Shown: positions 58,501-64,000 of the stretch, piece by piece
How positions within the stretch are numbered: the first letter of the stretch is position 1
Layout of the letters: every line of letters begins with the position of its first letter
Source of the DNA: an uncultured virus (IMG/VR IMGVR_UViG_3300043567_001092)
Lineage: Duplodnaviria; Heunggongvirae; Uroviricota; Caudoviricetes
IMG/VR virus record: IMGVR_UViG_3300043567_001092
Strand: one strand, 5' to 3'
DNA length: 64,000 bases
Program-made: the position numbers and the translations under genes
Notes under the pieces: generated by a model
The model's database searches: none
What the model saw: the letters and a program-made list of their open reading frames with translations, nothing else
What the model was told of the DNA's origin: nothing

Positions 58501-60744
58501 GATATCAGCAGCAAGAAGAGCTTCAGCAGCCATTGCTCTAGATTGTTCAGCATTAACAGCAGCAACACGAGCAGAAGCTTCAGCAGCAACAGAAGTATCT
58601 GTATAGACTTCAGCAGCATCAATAGCAGCAGCTACAGCGTTTTGTCTAGAAGTAGTTTCAGCAGCATCAGCAGCAATACGAGCAGATTGTTCAGCAGCTA
58701 AATCAGCAGCAAGTTGAGCATCACCAGCAATACGCGCAGATTGCTCAGTAGCTACAGCAGAAGTTAAAACTCCTTCAGCAGCAACAGCTCTAGAAACTTC
58801 AGCAGCTAAATTATTAGAAGCACTATCAGCTAATTGGCTAAGAGTAGTGTTGATACTACCGTCAGCATTTTGGAATGCGCTTACGATTTCAGTTAATGAA
58901 TCGAGAGCAACAGGATCAATATTAGAAACAATATTGTCGATTTGTGATTGTAAAGATTGGTCAGCAGCAATACGAGCAGACGCTTCTGCATCTACAGCAT
59001 TAGTACGTGAACTTGCTTCAGCCGCAATAGCAGCGATGCGAGCAGAAGCTTCAGCAGCTAAATCAGCAGCGATACCAGCTTCAGCAGCAGTTGCTCTAGA
59101 AACTTCAGCATTTAATGCATCAGTAACAACTACATCACCAGCAATTCTTGCAGCTTGTTCAGCAGCAACAGCAGCTTGACGTGCAGATTGCTCAGTAGCT
59201 AGATCAGAAGCAAGTTGTGCATCAGCAGCAATACGAGCAGATTGCTCAGTAGCTAAATCAGCAGCAAGAGCAGCATCACCAGCAATTCTTGCAGATTGTT
59301 CTGCAGAATCAGCAGCAACACGAGCAGATTGCTCAGCAGTTACAGCAGCTTGTCTAGATGATACTTCAGCAGCTAGATCAGCAGTTAATACGCCTTCAGC
59401 AGCAGTTGCTCTAGAAACTTCAGCATTTAATGCACTATTTAAAGTAGCATCGCCAGCAATACGAGCAGATTGTTCAGCGGCATCAGCAGCAATACGAGCA
59501 GATTGCTCAGTAGCTAGATCAGCAGTAAGAGTAGCATCAGCAGCAACGCGAGCAGATTGCTCAGCAGCATCAGCAGCAATACGAGCAGATTCTTCAGCAG
59601 AAACAGCAGCAACACGAGCAGAAGCTTCAGCAGCAACAGAAGTATCTGTATAACCTTCAACAGCATCAATAGCAGCAGCTACAGCAGCTTGACGTGAACT
59701 AACTTCAGCAGCTAAATCAGCAGTAAGTTGTGCATCAGCAGCAATACGTGCAGATTGTTCAGCAGCTAAATCACTAGTAATAGTGTTTTCTGCAGCAACA
59801 CGAGCAGCAGTTTCGTTAGCTAAATTAGTAGCAGCAGCGCCAGCTAAAGTAGTAATAGCACTGTTTAAATTGCCATCAGCAGTTTGGAATGCATCAACGA
59901 TTTCAGTTAACGAATCAAGAGCTGTTGGATCAATGTTAGAGAGAACATTGTCGATTTGGCTTTGTAAGCTAGCGTCAGCAGCAATACGTGCAGATTGTTC
60001 TGCAGTATCAGCAGCAATTCTTGCAGACTCTTCAGCAGAAACAGCAGCAACACGAGCAGAAGCTTCAGCAGATACAGCGGCTTGTCTAGATGATACTTCA
60101 GCAGCTAGATCGCTAGTAAGTTGAGCATCAGCAGCAATACGAGCAGAAGCTTCAGCAGATACAGCAGCTTGACGTGAAGTTAATTCAGCAGCGTCAGCAG
60201 CAATTCTTGCAGACTCTTCAGCAGCAACAGCAGCAACACGAGCAGATTGCTCAGTAGCTACAGCAGCAGTAAGAACATCATCAGCAGCAATACGTGCTGA
60301 TTGTTCAGCAGCAACAGCAGCAGCACGAGCAGTTTGCTCAGCAGCTAAATCGCTAGCAAGTTGTGCGTCAGCAGCAATACGTGCTGATTGTTCAGCAGCA
60401 ACAGCAGCAATACGAGCAGATTGTTCAGTAGCTAAATCGGCTTGAACGCCAGAAATTGCAGTTTGGAAAGCAGCAGCTTGCGAATTTAATGCAGCATCAA
60501 TACCAGCTAAGTGAGATGCAATAACATTTGCATCACTAGCAGTATAGTTAACTCCTTGAGTTAAACTACCTACTGTATAATTAAATACAGCTGAATCAAT
60601 AAGCGTTTTCCATTGACCGCCAGTTCTAATCTTGAAACTATTTGACGTAGTATCAAAATATAACTGTCCGTCAACAGCTTTCGCTGGTGGGTTAGTTAAA
60701 CCGCGGAGTTGTATACCGCCGGAAACTTTTAATAAATTTGACAT
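55552..60744 (-). CDS. Very long Ala-rich coiled-coil fibre
   Basis: 1730 aa; dozens of AEQSARIAADA-type repeats, four DPxALDSLTEIV nodes, DAATKGYVD neck, beta-rich C-terminal domain. Confidence 0.8.
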   Translation of the reverse strand: MSNLLKVSGGIQLRGLTNPPAKAVDGQLYFDTTSNSFKIRTGGQWKTLIDSAVFNYTVGSLTQGVNYTASDANVIASHLAGIDAALNSQAAAFQTAISGVQADLATEQSARIAAVAAEQSARIAADAQLASDLAAEQTARAAAVAAEQSARIAADDVLTAAVATEQSARVAAVAAEESARIAADAAELTSRQAAVSAEASARIAADAQLTSDLAAEVSSRQAAVSAEASARVAAVSAEESARIAADTAEQSARIAADASLQSQIDNVLSNIDPTALDSLTEIVDAFQTADGNLNSAITTLAGAAATNLANETAARVAAENTITSDLAAEQSARIAADAQLTADLAAEVSSRQAAVAAAIDAVEGYTDTSVAAEASARVAAVSAEESARIAADAAEQSARVAADATLTADLATEQSARIAADAAEQSARIAGDATLNSALNAEVSRATAAEGVLTADLAAEVSSRQAAVTAEQSARVAADSAEQSARIAGDAALAADLATEQSARIAADAQLASDLATEQSARQAAVAAEQAARIAGDVVVTDALNAEVSRATAAEAGIAADLAAEASARIAAIAAEASSRTNAVDAEASARIAADQSLQSQIDNIVSNIDPVALDSLTEIVSAFQNADGSINTTLSQLADSASNNLAAEVSRAVAAEGVLTSAVATEQSARIAGDAQLAADLAAEQSARIAADAAETTSRQNAVAAAIDAAEVYTDTSVAAEASARVAAVNAEQSRAMAAEALLAADITTLQQSTTQGITVSINAEQSARIAADAQLTADLAAEQSARIAADATLTADLAAEVSSRQAAVSAEQSRAMAAEALEQSARIAAVDAEASARIAADATEQSRAMAAEAAEQSRAMAAEAVLTAADATEQSARIAADSALTDALNAEVSSRQAAVSAEATSRQNAVAAAELAASNAMAAEQSARIAADAAEQSARIAADAQLTADLAAEVSRATAAEGVLTSAITAEVSRATSAEQSLQAQIDNVLSNVDPTALDSLTEIVSAFQAADSNLNGAITTLADSAASNLAAEQSARIAGDAALAADLSAEVSSRQAAVAAAELAASNAVAAEASARVAAVAAEESARIAADATEQSARIAADAQLTSDLAAEQSARIAADAAEMSSRQAAVTAVSNSLAAEIARAGAAEGVLTAAVATEQSARMAAVAAEESARIAADNAEQSARMAADSAEQSARIAADDVLTAAVAAEVSSRQAAVAAEESARIAADAALTSALNAEVTRASAAEANIASDLAAEISRATAAEGVLTSALNAEVSSRQAAVSAEESARIAADSALTDALNAEITSRQAAIDAEQSLRLTAAQLEQSQRIAADANLNTAINAEVSRATAAEGVLTSAIAAEQSAREAADLVISADLAAEVSSRQTAVSGLQSQIDSIVSNTDPAALDSLTEIVNAFQAADGNLNSAITTLSTAASTALNAEITRATAAESSLQTGLNAEQSARIAADAAEQSARIAADASLQSQIDASNAAKDDLGLLVEDALALKLDLAGGTMSGAIDMGANKVTNLATPTASSDAATKGYVDSVVVDEAHINASALSSSGGLQGGSGDKLAIKLDGSSLTTSSAGLKVNADGIVADTMVAADPLFRGTVKRGAAGALVQEQYFDAIALAAGKTGEVIADLTFSTASFEGCEITYKMKDSAGKVVIGTFRVVTNGSEVSYNDMSVETDATGISFAAVVSGGNINVTYDSGATTAVARMDVKLIKA

Positions 60745-60877
60745 GGTTTTTCCTTTTTTTTTAAGGGGTTTGGTGTATAGAAACTATACACGTAAAAGAT
60801 TAGGCTTTGGCCCAATTGTTAGGATTACCTCCAAACTATAGGCCAAAGTATTGATTTTATTATATTTTTTATGGGTA

Positions 60878-63067
60878 TTATGGTTCCATTAACCAACGAC
60901 GTATGAATATCTTCATGGTAGCGTCATAAGTAGAGTCTGTTGACACATATTGAATTGATACTGTAGAACCGTCATTAATAATATTAAAAATGACGCCGGT
61001 ATCGTTAGTTTCAACATAGTCATCCCAGATTTCTGCTACTGTTTCATTAGAAGCAATTAACATTTCTCCGGTTCTCATGTCTGGACCTCGACGAATACCG
61101 TAATCCACAACTACGTTAGTGTATTCTGCTGCTGCATAAGTAATAATAGTAACTGGATCTGATTGATTGTCTAAAAGAGTAATCGTATCTGATAAAGACA
61201 TTAATTGAAGACCATTTAGATTAATGGCATTATTAACTCCATCCCATTTAAAATGAGAATTTGAAGACAATTGACCAGAGCCATTGAATTGAACTTCGCC
61301 CTGATTACCAGCAGCACCTAAAGTAGGGCTATAGTAAGATGAATAATTAGGCATTCCGCTTGGACCGCCATCAGCATCAGACCATCTTTGAGCAAAGTAT
61401 TTCATTATACCATCTGAACCAGTATCAGTTGTAGAATAGTATAAAGTTATAATGCCGGTATCAATTTCAGCATAAAAACTAACGCCAGTAACTTCAGTAG
61501 ATGAATTATGTTGGGCAACATTGGCAGTTGTTCCGTCTGAAGTTATAGTCAGTTGACCGGCCTCTTTACCAGTTCCTCTAATAATTGAATAAGAAAGAAT
61601 AAAGTTTTCTGAACCAGCAACACTTACGGAGAAAATAATTCCATCTGTATTATTAACAATTTCTGTTGTTTTAACAGATGTTTGTTCCCAAAAATCTACA
61701 GATGTGTCATCAAAATAACGAACAACATCATTAAAAGCAAAGATTGATCCATTGTACATACCGATCTGATTACCAAAAATGTCGCCTTTTTGTATGTATA
61801 TTTGATCACCTTTAGTTGGATTAACTGAATCATTGAAAACACTTTGTATTTCAAAAGAAATAGAGGTTCCAACACCACTTATTTTATAAACGCCTGGATC
61901 AAAATTCAAATTTGGGAATAGTATTAAATCGCCATTCACCATCGCGACATTATCAACAGTATAAGTTGTTCCAGTTGGTATAGCCATTGACAATGGGTCA
62001 TTTGCAGTTATTTGAATCAATCCACCGCTTGTAGTAGAAGATGAACCTCCTGCTGCAGCATTTTGTACAATATCATTTTGTATAATATTAATAATAGTGC
62101 CGCCATCATTGAAAACAAATACTTGTCCTAAGTTAATACCAGTTGGATAGTTTGCTTTAACAGCAGTTGTTATGCCAGTAGCGTCTGTATCAGCTGAAAC
62201 TACTAAAAGTTTTCCATCTATTTCATTAAATGAATTAACAGAATTTGCCGCTAAAGTTACAGAATACCATCGTCCGTAGCCTGGCGCCACAGTAATTAAT
62301 GGAGACATAAAGTTATCGCCAAGCGGAGTAACTCCATCTTCTTTATAGATTTGGCCAGTAAAGAAATTGATTACTGCTCCACTGAAATTTAAAAATTTAT
62401 TTTGGAAAGCCATTCCAAATTCAGTACCATCAATTGATAACTTGTTTACAGCAGTAACGTCTACTAAAGTAGAAGCATCCCTTGCTATTAATCTTAATTG
62501 TCCAGATGAATCTGTTTCAGAAGAAGCACCAATTGCAGCTAGTATTTCTCTGGAAGTTCCTTCGATTGTTTTAGATTGGCCTTCAAATAATACCATTGAC
62601 CCGACATGGAACTCATTACCGCTTTTAAGAGCAACAATAAGAACATCTCTGTCTTGTGGCAATGTAGAAGTTTGTGCAACGGTAACTGGCAATATAGAAC
62701 TTACACCAGTTCTGTCTAAAGTTACATAAGCACAATATCCATCGGCTAGACCAGCAATTGTTTGTGCAGAAATCGTATTTGAAGCCAATGGCCTACCGGG
62801 CAATTGTATAAAAGCATCGTCTGATATAGTTAATTCGTCAACACCAGCAATCCACACTCCGCCTTGAACAAGTTTTGCGTTCTTGTCTTGGAATGCCTCA
62901 GTTTGTGATACAGATAGATCTTCCCAAATAGGAAAAATGTCTGTACAAATTCTTAGTCTATTAAGATCAGTATTAAAATAAATTTCTCCAACTTTTCCAG
63001 TTAATGGATCAGCATTAAGTCGAGGATATAATCTAATAAATTCAAAATTTTTGGTTGGATTTGACAT
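60878..63067 (-). CDS. Virion structural/fibre-associated protein
   Basis: GEIYFN module; AGNQGEVQFN; two copies of a beta domain also ending the 1730-aa fibre. Confidence 0.7.
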   Translation of the reverse strand: MSNPTKNFEFIRLYPRLNADPLTGKVGEIYFNTDLNRLRICTDIFPIWEDLSVSQTEAFQDKNAKLVQGGVWIAGVDELTISDDAFIQLPGRPLASNTISAQTIAGLADGYCAYVTLDRTGVSSILPVTVAQTSTLPQDRDVLIVALKSGNEFHVGSMVLFEGQSKTIEGTSREILAAIGASSETDSSGQLRLIARDASTLVDVTAVNKLSIDGTEFGMAFQNKFLNFSGAVINFFTGQIYKEDGVTPLGDNFMSPLITVAPGYGRWYSVTLAANSVNSFNEIDGKLLVVSADTDATGITTAVKANYPTGINLGQVFVFNDGGTIINIIQNDIVQNAAAGGSSSTTSGGLIQITANDPLSMAIPTGTTYTVDNVAMVNGDLILFPNLNFDPGVYKISGVGTSISFEIQSVFNDSVNPTKGDQIYIQKGDIFGNQIGMYNGSIFAFNDVVRYFDDTSVDFWEQTSVKTTEIVNNTDGIIFSVSVAGSENFILSYSIIRGTGKEAGQLTITSDGTTANVAQHNSSTEVTGVSFYAEIDTGIITLYYSTTDTGSDGIMKYFAQRWSDADGGPSGMPNYSSYYSPTLGAAGNQGEVQFNGSGQLSSNSHFKWDGVNNAINLNGLQLMSLSDTITLLDNQSDPVTIITYAAAEYTNVVVDYGIRRGPDMRTGEMLIASNETVAEIWDDYVETNDTGVIFNIINDGSTVSIQYVSTDSTYDATMKIFIRRWLMEP

Positions 63068-63078
63068 AATATTATCCT

Positions 63079-63756
63079 TTATATTTTAACTATCCACTTT
63101 TGGACTAAGTATGGTTGCATGTTATTGTGTTTGTTTACTGCTGATGCAGGTGTAGAATTGGCCAAATCCCCAGTCAGTGTGTGAGAATGGGCACCGCTTA
63201 TACTGCTTGCTCCGGCATCAGCCTGGCCGCTAGGTGTTGAATAGAAATAATATCCATAATCTGTAGCGCCACTAAAATACCATGACATATCTGTTTTATA
63301 AGATGGATTTAATGAAGTTATATCATTTGATTGTTCTACCGAAAACGTAATAGGGTCAGTGTCTTTCATAAACATATAATGCTTATGTTCACCTGCGTAA
63401 TCTAAAGTAATAGTGCTTGTATTGTGAGAATGAGTTGGATTTCCAATTTCATCAGCAGTTAATTGATGCTTCTCGGCACCATTAAAACTTCCGAGAATTC
63501 TGGTTACAGAACCAGACACTGGGTCAGTGTAAGTACCAGCACCAATTACTGTTCTTCCAATCATGTTAGGAAGATTTGCACCAAATATACTATATAATAG
63601 TGGGTATTGAGCCTGTGTAATCGCAGACCCATCTAATTCTAACCAACCAGATGGAATGGTAGCCATGGACCATACTTTAATAGTTCCAGATGGCTCTAAA
63701 CCTTCGCCTTTTTTTATTGAATGATTATTTGTGGTTAATCCTGATCTTTTTGCCAT
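63079..63756 (-). CDS. Tail-collar domain protein
   Basis: PSGTI...PSGWLELDG...YPLLY...LPNMIGR...HNNMQPYLVQKWIVK. Confidence 0.8.
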   Translation of the reverse strand: MAKRSGLTTNNHSIKKGEGLEPSGTIKVWSMATIPSGWLELDGSAITQAQYPLLYSIFGANLPNMIGRTVIGAGTYTDPVSGSVTRILGSFNGAEKHQLTADEIGNPTHSHNTSTITLDYAGEHKHYMFMKDTDPITFSVEQSNDITSLNPSYKTDMSWYFSGATDYGYYFYSTPSGQADAGASSISGAHSHTLTGDLANSTPASAVNKHNNMQPYLVQKWIVKI

Positions 63757-63757
63757 A

Positions 63758-64000
63758 TTACACCTTTATAATCCATTTTTGTACTATATATGGCTGCATA
63801 TTATTATGCGCAGTTGCTAATTCAGATATGCTTGTAAAAGATAAATCAGTATTAGGACCTGTGTGCGTATGTTGACCAGAACTATTATATCCAGAGCCAA
63901 CAGCATACGATGTTTGTATTCTTGATGGCTCAAGTCCAGTATAAATACCAAGAACTGATGAAAAAGAAACTTTTGAAGCAGCGCCACCAAAAACCATACC
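63758..64000 (-). CDS. Tail-collar family protein, C-terminal part (start beyond window)
   Basis: HTH repeat and HNNMQPYIVQKWIIKV ending, paralogous to 63079-63756. Confidence 0.7.
   Translation of the reverse strand, partial: GMVFGGAASKVSFSSVLGIYTGLEPSRIQTSYAVGSGYNSSGQHTHTGPNTDLSFTSISELATAHNNMQPYIVQKWIIKV

Noticed and set aside
56162..60124. Several long plus-strand ORFs (SAAIRADCS repeats)
   Set aside because: Antisense shadows of the GCT/GCA-rich coiled-coil gene; no RBS, mirror the minus-strand repeats
55552..60744. Repeats as a possible CRISPR array
   Set aside because: Degenerate, in-frame, vary at third codon positions, no unique spacers, no cas genes
43036..64000. Diversity-generating retroelement or invertible fibre cassette
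   Set aside because: No reverse transcriptase or invertase in the window; paralog differences are not adenine-specific and not at a C-terminal variable region
1..64000. Stop-codon reassignment
   Set aside because: Conserved genes are full length in the standard code and TAA, TAG and TGA all end genes followed by RBS/start

Overview
AT-rich, densely coding segment of a large tailed dsDNA phage (Caudoviricetes, probably jumbo-sized); genes read through in the standard code. The left arm (1-10455, minus strand) holds portal (partial), terminase large and putative small subunits, SbcD/Mre11 nuclease, a GroES-like protein, a C-terminally truncated sigma70-family factor and an SF2 helicase. A repeat-rich divergent gap (10456-10808) is a candidate replication origin. 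The plus-strand block (10809-42402) encodes GroEL, a plant TAA1/alliinase-type PLP aminotransferase, SbcC, RuvC, DnaE, gp32-like SSB, RecA, an HNH endonuclease, primase, DnaB-like helicase, three exported proteases, a GT9 glycosyltransferase, PIN-PhoH, a DEDD exonuclease and a T5 A1-like metallophosphoesterase. The right arm (42392-64000, minus strand) has an M15 endolysin and an array of fibre/adhesin genes built from shared modules. Best leads: (1) the TAA1/alliinase-like enzyme; (2) a sigma factor lacking region 4.2, a separate small sigma4-like gene, and two recurrent promoter motifs (AATGTGGTAT, AGCCTAATCT); (3) six fibre genes with one shared N-terminal module, including a ~1400-residue coiled coil; (4) a phage GroEL+GroES pair. 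No tRNA, rRNA or CRISPR array was seen. All family calls are by eye from remembered motifs; no database was searched.
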